Below are positions 9,107-18,526 of a stretch of DNA of 64,000 bases, piece after piece. The position numbers and the translations under genes are program-made. Where the stretch lies: positions 896,001 through 960,000 of the forward strand of contig CAVOKF010000004.1 in the NCBI GenBank assembly GCA_963696385.1, given 5' to 3'. The DNA is from an uncultured delta proteobacterium. Its GTDB lineage: Bacteria; Myxococcota_A; Polyangia; Polyangiales; Polyangiaceae. The notes below the pieces were generated by a model. The model was not told the origin of the DNA and made no database searches. It worked only from the letters and a program-made list of their open reading frames with translations. Within the stretch, counting starts at the first letter, position 1, and every line of letters starts with the position of its first letter.

Positions 9107-9751
9107 GTGGGTGCGCTCGCCGGCGTCATAGCCGCGGTCGGTTTGCTTCATACGCCACTCCTCCGCCCCTTCGTGATGGGTTCGGGCGGCTGTCCCATGG
9201 GCGGCAGAAAGCTCAGCACCGTCCAAGCCGAAGTCGCCCGAAAGGGCGCGATCCGCGAAGAACGCGGAAGCGATCGGGCTCCGCAACGGCCCGCTCTTGT
9301 CTTTGCGCTCGACGCCACCTCGATGCAAGACGCCCGCACGTGGGCATCCGATCACCACGTTCACTGCGAACGAGCACGGGATGCCCTCCTGCATTGCCCG
9401 CACGTCCCTTCCGAAGCGCTCGGGCTTCCCCCGTCACCCGATACTACGGCGGACCTCTCGCTCGAATTCGACCTTCACGATCGGTTGGTCAACGTGACGA
9501 CGTTTCGGACGCACCTCCATGCCGATTGCGCCGCTCGAACGGCAAGCGAGATCGAGTCGTCGCTGACGGGTCGTCTCGGGCCACCCGCGAAGGCGGGCGG
9601 CGCATTCGACCCGGAACGGCTGTCGCGCCCCGCCGCGTACAGCGTGGCGACGCGACGGTATCGTTTTGCCGACTACCTCGCCGATGTGACCGCGATGAAC
9701 ATGCCAACGACCGGGGTAGCCCTGCGCGAGCAATACATGTCGGCCAGGTAA
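9107..9751 (+). CDS. Hypothetical membrane-anchored protein with GGCP motif; start uncertain
   Basis: 3' part of the 324 aa ORF. N-terminal hydrophobic stretch, GGCPMG and HVHC...HCPH. Confidence 0.6.
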   Translation: MGALAGVIAAVGLLHTPLLRPFVMGSGGCPMGGRKLSTVQAEVARKGAIREERGSDRAPQRPALVFALDATSMQDARTWASDHHVHCERARDALLHCPHVPSEALGLPPSPDTTADLSLEFDLHDRLVNVTTFRTHLHADCAARTASEIESSLTGRLGPPAKAGGAFDPERLSRPAAYSVATRRYRFADYLADVTAMNMPTTGVALREQYMSAR

Positions 9752-9895
9752 CCGTTCACCCCCCCCCGGCGCCGGCGAGCTCCTTTCCCGTCCCGCTCTC
9801 GCCGACGAGAAGCGCGTGCGTCACCGATTTTCAGCGGGCGAGTAACGACGGCGGCAAGAGCCCCGCGCCTATGGCAATTCGAGTGTCGGTTCGAG

Positions 9896-10771
9896 TTAAA
9901 AGAGCGCCGCTTGCGCCACCGGGACGGCCTTCGGCGCGAAGCCGACCAACTCCGGGCCGAAGGACGCAAGACGTGCGGCGGACACCGCGACCGCCTCGGG
10001 GTTGTTGTCGATGAGGACGAAGCCGCGACCGTGCAACGCCGCGGCCTCGCCTGTCGTCCCGCTGCCCCCAAAGAAGTCGAGTACCACGTCCTCGGGACGG
10101 GAGTGCACCTTGATCACTCGGTTGATCACTCCGAGAGGCTTCTGAGTCGGGTAGCCCGTTTTCTCGCGGCCGTGGGTCGGGACGATGGTGTGCCACCACA
10201 CGTCCGTCGGTGTCTTCCCGCGCTCGGCCTTTTCCGGCGTCACCAGACTCGGGGCCATGTAGGGGATGCGGTCCATCTCGTCGAAGTTGAACACGTAGTT
10301 TTCGGGATTCAAGGCATACCAGAGGATCGTGTCGTGCTTCGACGGCCAGCGGTTCTTCGGCCGGCCGCCATAATCGTATGCCCAGACGATTTCGTTCATG
10401 AAGCGGTCGCGACCGAGGAGCCGGTCGAGCGCGACCTTGATGTAGTGGACCTCTCGGCAGTCCAAATGGACGAAGAGCGATCCGTCGGGTGTCAGGCAGC
10501 GAAGAGCGGTCTCGATGCGGGGCATCAAGAAACTCTCGAAGTCGTCGAACAGGTCGGCGTAGGAGCCGCTCTCGACCTTCTCGACCTCGTATCGGCGCCC
10601 ACCGAAGCCACCCCGGGCGCCTTCGCCCTCGGTCGCCGCCACGCGCATCCGGTCGCGCTTCTGGACCTTGCCCGTGTTGAACGGGGGGTCGATGTAGATG
10701 AGCCGGGCGAACTTCTCGGGCAATCCCGGAAGAACCTCCGCATTGTCCCCCTGGATAATCATCCTCATCAT
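9896..10771 (-). CDS. Site-specific DNA methyltransferase (N6/N4, beta class), apparently orphan
   Basis: Motif IV YIDPPF precedes motif I LDFFGGSGTT; also YPTQKP. Confidence 0.93.
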   Translation of the reverse strand: MMRMIIQGDNAEVLPGLPEKFARLIYIDPPFNTGKVQKRDRMRVAATEGEGARGGFGGRRYEVEKVESGSYADLFDDFESFLMPRIETALRCLTPDGSLFVHLDCREVHYIKVALDRLLGRDRFMNEIVWAYDYGGRPKNRWPSKHDTILWYALNPENYVFNFDEMDRIPYMAPSLVTPEKAERGKTPTDVWWHTIVPTHGREKTGYPTQKPLGVINRVIKVHSRPEDVVLDFFGGSGTTGEAAALHGRGFVLIDNNPEAVAVSAARLASFGPELVGFAPKAVPVAQAALF

Positions 10772-11053
10772 GGCGCTGCGGCCACCCTACAGCTTCTCGT
10801 GCGCGATGGAAAGAAGGGAAGCGACCCGAACTGAAGAAGGCGGCTCGGTCACCACATGTCCCCGCCGCCCCTCTACGCCCTCTTCCGCAAAAAGGATGGG
10901 TGCCTCGGCTGTTCCGAATCCATCCCGCGCCGCGGTGCGGGGCTGGCGTTGGGCCCTGCCCGCTACCCAGAAGCCTGAACGCGGACCACGACCGTCGTCC
11001 GCGGCACCACGTTACGCGCTCGCCTTAGCCAGCCGCGAAAGCGCTCACCGTCT

Positions 11054-12727
11054 TCAGTGCACTTCGCAGAATCCTAGATTGCAATCGGGTGCAGAGCTGG
11101 GGCAATCGGCCGCCGTCGTGCAGGCCTTGCACGTCGTACCCCCGTTCGCCACGCTATCGAAGTAGCAGTTGCAGCTCGGACTCGGGGTGTACGGCGAGAG
11201 CTGCCCCATCTCGGAAGAACGCGTGACGCTCATCGCGCACGGCGGTATGAGGCGGTCGTTGATCACGAATTGCAAGAAGTTGCCGGTGGGGGTCGGAGCG
11301 TCGCCCGTGAAATAAAGCACGATTTTGCCGGCGCTTTCACTGATGGGCACATTCTGGCTGTTGACTTTCGTCAGCATATGCGTGAACCCCCAGACCGGAT
11401 AGACGCCGTCGCGCACGTTCGCCTTGTCGGAGCTCGTCGCCGTCGCGTTCGGGTAATAGGCGCAGCTGTGGCCGAGATCTTGATACGCGAGCTCTTTGAT
11501 CGTCGAGCTTCTGGCGATGCTTTCCACGAGATCCGTGCTCATCGCGGCCAATGTCTTCTCGGGGTTGGTGGAGGTGACGACCGCCGTCACGGTTTGATTG
11601 GAACCCGACTCGATCAATCCCTGCCATGCAGTGGCAGGAACGCCGATGGAAATCCCGAAATCGAGTTGTGCGCTCGACGTCGGATTCTGAAAGACGAAAT
11701 CCGGATCCGTCCAGGGTGCCACGGCGCCGGGCCCCAGGCCGTATGTGTAATAGAGCGCTTCGGCGCTGATGGACGTCTGTGTCGACCCGATGGGGACCAC
11801 CATGGCTTCAGGCACGACCGGGCCGAGAAAGTCGCCGACCCCCGGAGTGCCCTCCGGCAAGGATAGGCAGACTTCCGGGAACAGGTTACTCAAGCCGATA
11901 TCCGCGTAGTTGCCTCCCGGGTCCAGCTGACACGTGTGAGCGTTTCCGCCGATATCCCAGTAGGTTGCGGTCGTCGCTCCCAGACTGAGCGTGCTCTCGT
12001 TGAGAATCACCGCATTCGCGCCGTCGCACGCGTGCGCGCTCACGAACACCACAGTCATCGGTACGGTCGACGTCAGGGCTCCGAGCTGAGCCGCGATGGA
12101 CGAGAGACCGTTCGCACCCACGATGAACACCGGCTGAGGCAAGCTCGAACAGGTCGGCACGCCCGATGAAGCAGCACCCCCTTCTTCAGCGCCCCCTTCC
12201 TCGTCCTCGCCGCCGGCTTCTTCTTGATCACCGGCGCCTTCGCTCGCTCCTCCTTCGTCCGCTGTCGCTCCCACACTCGCATCGCCGGCGTCCCCGCCGC
12301 TTCGTCCGCCCTCCGCCCCTCCGCCGTCGCCGGCGTCTCCGCCGCTCTTGGATCCTTTGCCTCCGCCTCCGCCACCGCCTCCGCCTCCGCCACCACCACC
12401 TTCGTGGCCACCCTCTCCTCCTCCTCCGTCACCCTCCTCGCTCGCGTCCGTCACGCTGGCCGCACCCGCCTCAGGCAGCTGGGGTAACGCCGCGTCGGCG
12501 GAGAACCCCGTGATTCGAGTGGCGTTATCGAAGAAGATGGCGCACGATCCGGCCGAGCAGTTTGCCGTCCCCGGGGTACAGGCGTCCGCCGACCCCGAGT
12601 CCGTGTCCGTTTCCGTGTTCGCCGTTCCCACCTTGAAGTCACCGGTCTTGGCGATCAGATTGCAGCCGACAAGACAAGCGCCCAGCGCCGAGGCAACGGC
12701 CAGCCACCTGACGAGCTGCCGGTCCAT
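11054..12727 (-). CDS. Cys-rich lipoprotein with poly-Gly linker and possible periplasmic-binding-protein-like domain
   Basis: ATG 12727, lipobox CLVGC, Gly run, DKANVRDGVYPVWG and a C-terminal Cys cluster. Confidence 0.7.
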   Translation of the reverse strand: MDRQLVRWLAVASALGACLVGCNLIAKTGDFKVGTANTETDTDSGSADACTPGTANCSAGSCAIFFDNATRITGFSADAALPQLPEAGAASVTDASEEGDGGGGEGGHEGGGGGGGGGGGGGGKGSKSGGDAGDGGGAEGGRSGGDAGDASVGATADEGGASEGAGDQEEAGGEDEEGGAEEGGAASSGVPTCSSLPQPVFIVGANGLSSIAAQLGALTSTVPMTVVFVSAHACDGANAVILNESTLSLGATTATYWDIGGNAHTCQLDPGGNYADIGLSNLFPEVCLSLPEGTPGVGDFLGPVVPEAMVVPIGSTQTSISAEALYYTYGLGPGAVAPWTDPDFVFQNPTSSAQLDFGISIGVPATAWQGLIESGSNQTVTAVVTSTNPEKTLAAMSTDLVESIARSSTIKELAYQDLGHSCAYYPNATATSSDKANVRDGVYPVWGFTHMLTKVNSQNVPISESAGKIVLYFTGDAPTPTGNFLQFVINDRLIPPCAMSVTRSSEMGQLSPYTPSPSCNCYFDSVANGGTTCKACTTAADCPSSAPDCNLGFCEVH

Positions 12728-12886
12728 GCATTGCAGTCGGTTAAGCATTGCTTGAAGACTCCGAGTGGTATCGAAACGATTGAACCGCGATCGTCAGAAC
12801 GAGCCGTCGAATCCGACCGAACCGAAACCGATCCGTGGGTACAGGGTTGGGCCGGAGGTGGGCTGGGTTGCGGTGGCGCGTTCGGA

Positions 12887-13333
12887 TCGCGGGCCTCGCA
12901 CGCCCGAATCGGTTTTACCGACGGCGTCGGCGCATCCGAAGACGACATCGGGCCGTGTGTCATTCAGAACAATGGCGGCCATGGAATACGCATCCAGCGT
13001 TCGTCCGCGGCGCGCGTCTACAGCACTACGATCAGCAGCAACGGCCAAAACGGAGTGAATGTGGAGAGCGCTTCGTACGCGGAGATAGCGACGGACGTCA
13101 TCAACGGCAATGTCGGTAACGGGGTTGCGGTGACCGAGAATTCCACGGTGCATCTCGGCAATCCAACGGGCACGGGCGACGAGGACAACCCCAATACCAC
13201 CACGGTTGCCAACGGTCTATTCGGCCTCCAGGCGCAGTGGGGGTCGTATGTGTCGGGCCGCTTGGGCACGTTGTCGGGTACGAGCGGCGGATCGACCTTC
13301 ACCCACAACGCCAACGACAACCTCACGCCCTGA
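12887..13333 (+). pseudogene. C-terminal fragment of a right-handed parallel beta-helix protein
   Basis: Repeats IQNNGGHGIRI, ISSNGQNGVNV, INGNVGNGVAV, VANGLFGL. The upstream part of the ORF does not look like protein and there is no signal peptide. Confidence 0.55.
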
Positions 13334-13636
13334 GAGCGGGCGCGAACCGCGACGTCCACAGCCGGGATTCTAGTCCCGTTGAGTCCGCCTAACGCGCGGG
13401 CGAGCAGGTGCCCACCTCACGCGGTGGCGACTGTCCCCACCGAAGTCGCCCCCGTGCGACAGGGCGGGTACCTGCTCGGCCTGCGCCCCATTCGCCTGGA
13501 ACCGCGGGCGCCGTCGAAAGAGCGATGCTTGGGACGGGCCGACCTCGAAACGGCCAGCCGGCTCCTCGATCCGGAGAGTCCGCCTCGAGCGTTTCGGTCG
13601 GAGGTCCGCCTCAACCTCTCGATGGGGAGCCGTGCC

Positions 13637-14185
13637 TCACGGAAATGAGACGTACACTCCGCAGTCGTCCGCGCATACGGACAACTTCTGCAGCCCATTG
13701 GGTGCAGGGCCCCCAATAACCCGCCCGCCCGTGTCAAAGATCGACCCGTGGCACGGGCAGACGAATTCCATGTGGGCTGCGTTGAACAGGACGATGCAGC
13801 ACTGGTGGGGACATCCGGCCGACAAGGCCACGTAGGTCCCGTCCGAAAGCCGGGCCACGACGACGATGCTCAGATGGCAGGACGGGTCCGAGTAGCCGGG
13901 CGCACTCTGCGATGCGCTACCGCCGACGTTCTTGAGCTGGGGATACGTGGAGAACGAGAACTCGAGGGTATCTGTCGCCGGAGCGCACGTCGGTTCACAT
14001 GCGCCGCCGTCCTCGGTGGCCCCCTGGGTGCCGTCGCTTTCGGGTGCGTCGTCGTCTGTGCGAGGCCCGCCGTCGGCCGGTCGCCCTGGATCCGGTTCGC
14101 CGCTGCAACCGGAGACCATGAGTAGCGCACTGCTTTGGATCGCCGTGCGCACAAAGTTCCTTCTGCATTCGTCGCAGCGGCTCAT
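13637..14185 (-). CDS. Tat-exported Rieske [2Fe-2S] (lipo)protein
   Basis: CRRNFV twin-arginine motif, MVSGC, Rieske boxes CPHQCC and CPCHGS, GPAP. Confidence 0.9.
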   Translation of the reverse strand: MSRCDECRRNFVRTAIQSSALLMVSGCSGEPDPGRPADGGPRTDDDAPESDGTQGATEDGGACEPTCAPATDTLEFSFSTYPQLKNVGGSASQSAPGYSDPSCHLSIVVVARLSDGTYVALSAGCPHQCCIVLFNAAHMEFVCPCHGSIFDTGGRVIGGPAPNGLQKLSVCADDCGVYVSFP

Positions 14186-14415
14186 CAGAATATCTCTTTC
14201 TTTAGCATTCGTTCTTCCGTTAGCGCCGTTTCTCTTCAAACGACCGGAAGCCCGTTGCCGATAGGGGTGGGCGTGTCTATGGCTTCATCGCACGTGAAGG
14301 CGCACGGCCTACGGGTCGTCCGCTGGCCGCGAGCCGCTTGTCCGCAGAGCCCGTCATCCACCGACAAGTTGCCCATACCGCTTAATGAACGGCGCTCGCG
14401 TGTCGTGCTCTGTTC

Positions 14416-15540
14416 ATGCGGGTGGGGACATGGAGCGTGGGTCCGAACGGCGGCCGTTCTCGCTTTCCAGAACAGGATTCCGCTCGAACGTTGGTGGTCG
14501 CGTTTGGCGCGCCGGAATACATGGATAACCCGGGTCCGCTGAATGACCTGCGGGAGGCCTACCCACTCGGGACCGTGGTCGGTTGTTCGACCGCTGGCGA
14601 AATCATGGACGGCGCGATCCACGACCACTCCATCGCGGTGGCTGTCGTTCGCTTCGAAGCGACCGACATCGCGCATGCATCCGTCGCGGTCCGAAACCCG
14701 CGCGAGTCGCAGGGCGCAGGAGCAGAGTTGGCGCGTGCGCTGGCCCGGCCTTCCTTGCGAGCGATCCTGGTTCTTTCCGACGGGTTGTCCGTGAACGGCA
14801 GTGAGCTCCTTCGGGGCATGGCCGAAGTCGTCGGCGACGTGCCGGTCTCCGGAGGCCTCGCGGGCGATGGAGACCGCTTTCGGTGCACATGGGTCATGGC
14901 AGACGCCCCGCCCGCGTCCGCGGGGATCGTCGCAGTGGGCCTCTATGGCGAGCACGTAAGGCTGAGCCATGGCTCGCGCGGCGGCTGGGACATCTTCGGC
15001 CCGGAGCGTGTCGTGACGCGCTCTGTAGGCAACGTGCTCTACGAACTCGACCACAAGCCTGCTCTGGCCCTCTACAAGCAATACCTTGGCGAGCGCGCCG
15101 GCGGCCTGCCCGCCACCGCTTTGTTGTTCCCGCTGGCGGTTCGAGCCTCCAAACTTTGCGATCCGTTGGTCCGAACCATCCTCGGCGTCAACGAGGAAGA
15201 CAACTCGATGACATTCGCCGGCGACGTGCCGGAAGGGGCTGTCGCCCGTCTGATGCGCGCCAATTTCGAGCGACTCATCGACGGCGCCGGAGCGGCGGGT
15301 CGGCTTGCTTCGCTCGGTGAGGATCCCAAAGGCGACAACCTGACCCTCGCGGTGAGCTGCGTCGGACGACGCCTGGTGCTCGGAGAACGCGCCGAGGAAG
15401 AGGTGGAGGCCGCAGCACACGCGTTGGGAGAATCCAAACTCTTCGGATTCTACTCGTACGGCGAAATCTCGCCCTCCGCATCGGGCCGCGGCGAGCTCCA
15501 CAATCAGACCATGACGCTCACGCGGATCTGGGAAGTGTGA
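14416..15540 (+). CDS. FIST (NosP-like) signal transduction protein
   Basis: GCSTAGEI, VSGGLAGDG, LYELDHKPA, LVRTILG, SCVGRRLVLG, GFYSYGEI, LHNQTMT. Confidence 0.93.
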   Translation: MRVGTWSVGPNGGRSRFPEQDSARTLVVAFGAPEYMDNPGPLNDLREAYPLGTVVGCSTAGEIMDGAIHDHSIAVAVVRFEATDIAHASVAVRNPRESQGAGAELARALARPSLRAILVLSDGLSVNGSELLRGMAEVVGDVPVSGGLAGDGDRFRCTWVMADAPPASAGIVAVGLYGEHVRLSHGSRGGWDIFGPERVVTRSVGNVLYELDHKPALALYKQYLGERAGGLPATALLFPLAVRASKLCDPLVRTILGVNEEDNSMTFAGDVPEGAVARLMRANFERLIDGAGAAGRLASLGEDPKGDNLTLAVSCVGRRLVLGERAEEEVEAAAHALGESKLFGFYSYGEISPSASGRGELHNQTMTLTRIWEV

Positions 15541-17339
15541 GCATGCTGCATCCGACGCTCGAACGCCAACTCCGAAAGGCGGGCGCGCGCAAAGATACGC
15601 CACCGACCGCCGACCAATGGCATTCTTTCCTTGAGCGGGTCAATGCCGCTTACACTCAAGAAGACAACGAGCGCTATACGGTCGAACGCGCGATCGCCAT
15701 TTCGTCGCAAGAGATGTTGGACCTGGCTTCGCGGCTGGCGACGGAGCGGGACCGCCTCGACGTGACCGTGGCCTCGCTCGCGGACGGACTCTGCGTTCTC
15801 TCCTCGAAGGGCCTTGTGGAGATCGCCAATCGGGCGGCGGAGCAGATGTTGGGCGTCGAGTCCGGCGGGTTGCTGGGGCGACATTTCATCGCCCTCGTGA
15901 GTGGCGACGGGTCTCGGAAGCCACACGGCCAGGGGCACGTTCGGCAACTCGACGAAGCGATCGCGGCGCGGGGACCTTGTCGGTGCGACGACGCCCGTTT
16001 CACCACCGTGCACGGCGAGGAGTTCCCCGTCTCGCTTTCCATGACGCCGATTGAGGCCGGACAGTTAGGAGGAGGGTCCGTCGTCGTGTTCACCGACATT
16101 CGAAAGCGAAAGATGGCGGAAGACGCACTTCGGGAGAGCGAGTCGAGGTTTCGAGCCATCTTCGAGTCCGCGGCCGTGGGCATGTTGCGTGTCGGGCTCG
16201 ACGGCCGGATCGACGACTGCAATGGCGCATTTGGCGCAATGCTCGGCAAGGAGCGTTCGCAGATCTTGGGGTCGACGATTTTCGATCACCTTCACCCGGA
16301 CGAAGCGCAGAGCTCGCCGGGGCGGTTCGAGATGATGAAGCAAGAGCTTGGCTCCGGGCATCAGATCCAGAGCCGCTTCGTGAATCATGACGGATCCACG
16401 GTTTGGACGAAGAGCACCATTTCGTTCGTTCGAGACCCGCAAGGTGCGCCTGCGTTCTCGATCGGGGTCGTCGAGAACGTGACGGCTCAGAGAAACCTCG
16501 AGATTTCGCTACGCCAGGCTCAAAAGCTCGAATCCGTCGGGCAGCTGGCGGCTGGCATTGCCCACGAAATCAACACACCGGTGCAGTTCGTGAGCGACAG
16601 CGTTCACTTCGTGCGAGACGCCGTGACCGATCTCTTCGGCATTCTCCAGTTGTACCGCGCGCTACGCGAAGCCGTTCCTTCCTCGCTGGACGCAGCGGTC
16701 TGCGCGATCGCCGAAGCCGAGGAATCCGCCGATGTGGAATACCTCGCCTCGCAGCTCCCCAAAGCGCTCGACCGCGCACTCGATGGGGTCGAACGTGTGG
16801 CCACCATCGTTCGAGGGATGAAGGCGTTCGCACACCCGGATCGGAAGGACAAAGTACCCGCGGATTTGAATGGCGCGCTCGAAAGCACGATCACGATCGC
16901 GCGTAACGAGTACAAATACGTGGCCGACGTCGAAACGGAGTTCGGCGAGCTTCCCCCGGTGACGTGTCATGTCGGCGAGCTCAATCAAGTATTTCTGAAT
17001 GTCATCGTCAATGCGGCGCACGCGATCGGCGATGTGGTCGGTGGCACCGAGACCCGGGGGCGGATTCGCATCACCACTCGGCGCGACGGCGACTGGGCCG
17101 TCGTCTCGATCGCGGACACCGGAGGCGGAATTCCCGAGGCGGTCCGTCACCGCGTGTTCGACCCCTTCTTCACGACCAAAGAAGTGGGGCGTGGGACCGG
17201 TCAGGGGCTGGCGATCGCGCGTTCGGTCGTCGTCGAAAAGCACCAGGGCGAGCTCACTTTCGAAACGCAGATCGGGCAGGGGACGACATTCACCATCCGG
17301 CTTCCGATCCACCCCGCCCGTGAAGCCCAGGCGGCATGA
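15537..17339 (+). CDS. PAS-PAS sensor histidine kinase (NtrB-like)
   Basis: Two PAS domains, H-box AHEINTP, N/G boxes DTGGGI, FDPFFTTK, GTGQGL. Coupled to the FIST gene by a GTGA overlap. Confidence 0.93.
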   Translation: MSMLHPTLERQLRKAGARKDTPPTADQWHSFLERVNAAYTQEDNERYTVERAIAISSQEMLDLASRLATERDRLDVTVASLADGLCVLSSKGLVEIANRAAEQMLGVESGGLLGRHFIALVSGDGSRKPHGQGHVRQLDEAIAARGPCRCDDARFTTVHGEEFPVSLSMTPIEAGQLGGGSVVVFTDIRKRKMAEDALRESESRFRAIFESAAVGMLRVGLDGRIDDCNGAFGAMLGKERSQILGSTIFDHLHPDEAQSSPGRFEMMKQELGSGHQIQSRFVNHDGSTVWTKSTISFVRDPQGAPAFSIGVVENVTAQRNLEISLRQAQKLESVGQLAAGIAHEINTPVQFVSDSVHFVRDAVTDLFGILQLYRALREAVPSSLDAAVCAIAEAEESADVEYLASQLPKALDRALDGVERVATIVRGMKAFAHPDRKDKVPADLNGALESTITIARNEYKYVADVETEFGELPPVTCHVGELNQVFLNVIVNAAHAIGDVVGGTETRGRIRITTRRDGDWAVVSIADTGGGIPEAVRHRVFDPFFTTKEVGRGTGQGLAIARSVVVEKHQGELTFETQIGQGTTFTIRLPIHPAREAQAA

Positions 17340-18523
17340 AGCGCATTCTCTTCGTCGACGACGAGGTCGCTGTGCTCGATGGCCTTCGGGATCGGCTGCG
17401 AAAGCAGCGTCGACAATGGGAGATGGTGTTCGCGGTCGGAGGCCCCGCCGCCTTGGCGGAGTGCGCGCGGGGCGCGTTCGACATCGTCGTGTCCGACATG
17501 CGGATGCCCGGTATGGACGGCGCTGCACTCCTGAGCCAAATCAAAGAGAGTTACCCGATGACCGTGCGCATCGTCCTGTCGGGCCATGCGGAGCGGGAAG
17601 CGGTGATGCGCACGCTCGCTGTGGCGCATCAGTACCTGAGTAAGCCCTGCGACAGCGAGACGCTGCAGAGCGTTCTCACTCGCGCGCTGTCGCTTCAAGC
17701 GCTCATGAGCGACGACACGCTCCGGAGCCTCGTCGGCAGCGTCGACAAGCTCCCGTCGCCGTCGAAAATTTACCTCGAGTTGACCGCACTCCTCGCCCGT
17801 TCGACCCCTTCGGTCGACGACATCGTGAAGGTCGTCGAGCGGGATCCCGCCATGTGTCTCAAAGTGCTGCAGGTCGTCAACTCGGCCTTCTTTGGCTTGC
17901 AGCGGCGAGTGACGGGAATGCGCGACGCCATCGCCTACCTCGGGGTTGACCTCCTCAAGTCGTTGGCGCTCGCGGCGCAGATCTTCGCAGATGCCGAGAG
18001 TCTGCAGGGCTTCGATTGTGGCCGACTGGCCAACCTGCAGCGGCATTCGTTCCTCGTCGCTCGGTTGGCGCGCAAGCTTGCTCCGTGCCGTGGCGACGAC
18101 GCGTTCGTGGCGGGAATGCTCCACGATGTCGGGTCGATCGTATTGGCACTCGCCGACCGAGATCGAGTCGAGGCACGCAACGCGGCGTCTCGCGAGCGCG
18201 GAGTGCCCGTCTATGTCGTCGAGCGCGAACGACTGAACGTGACGCACGCGGAGGTCGGCGCCTACATCCTCGGAACGTGGGGAGTGCCGCTCGGAGTCGT
18301 CGAGGCGGTCGCTGGGCATCACGAGCCGCGCCGCTTCGGCAATGCGTCGTTCGACGCCATGACCGCCGTACACATCGCCGAAGCCCTCGTGACCGAAAGC
18401 GAGTCCGACGCTCCCGCCGGCACGCTCCTCGATGCAACCCACCTGACAGAGCTCGGCGTCCTGTGCGAGTTGCCGGCTTGGATAGAGCTCCTCACGCGAT
18501 TGCGCTCGGAGGCGCTCGACTGA
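17336..18523 (+). CDS. Response regulator REC + HDOD domain
   Basis: ILFVDDE, SDMRMPGMDG, LPSP, ERDPAM...VNSAFFG, AGMLHDVG, THAEVGAY. Confidence 0.92.
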   Translation: MKRILFVDDEVAVLDGLRDRLRKQRRQWEMVFAVGGPAALAECARGAFDIVVSDMRMPGMDGAALLSQIKESYPMTVRIVLSGHAEREAVMRTLAVAHQYLSKPCDSETLQSVLTRALSLQALMSDDTLRSLVGSVDKLPSPSKIYLELTALLARSTPSVDDIVKVVERDPAMCLKVLQVVNSAFFGLQRRVTGMRDAIAYLGVDLLKSLALAAQIFADAESLQGFDCGRLANLQRHSFLVARLARKLAPCRGDDAFVAGMLHDVGSIVLALADRDRVEARNAASRERGVPVYVVERERLNVTHAEVGAYILGTWGVPLGVVEAVAGHHEPRRFGNASFDAMTAVHIAEALVTESESDAPAGTLLDATHLTELGVLCELPAWIELLTRLRSEALD

Positions 18524-18526
18524 TCC

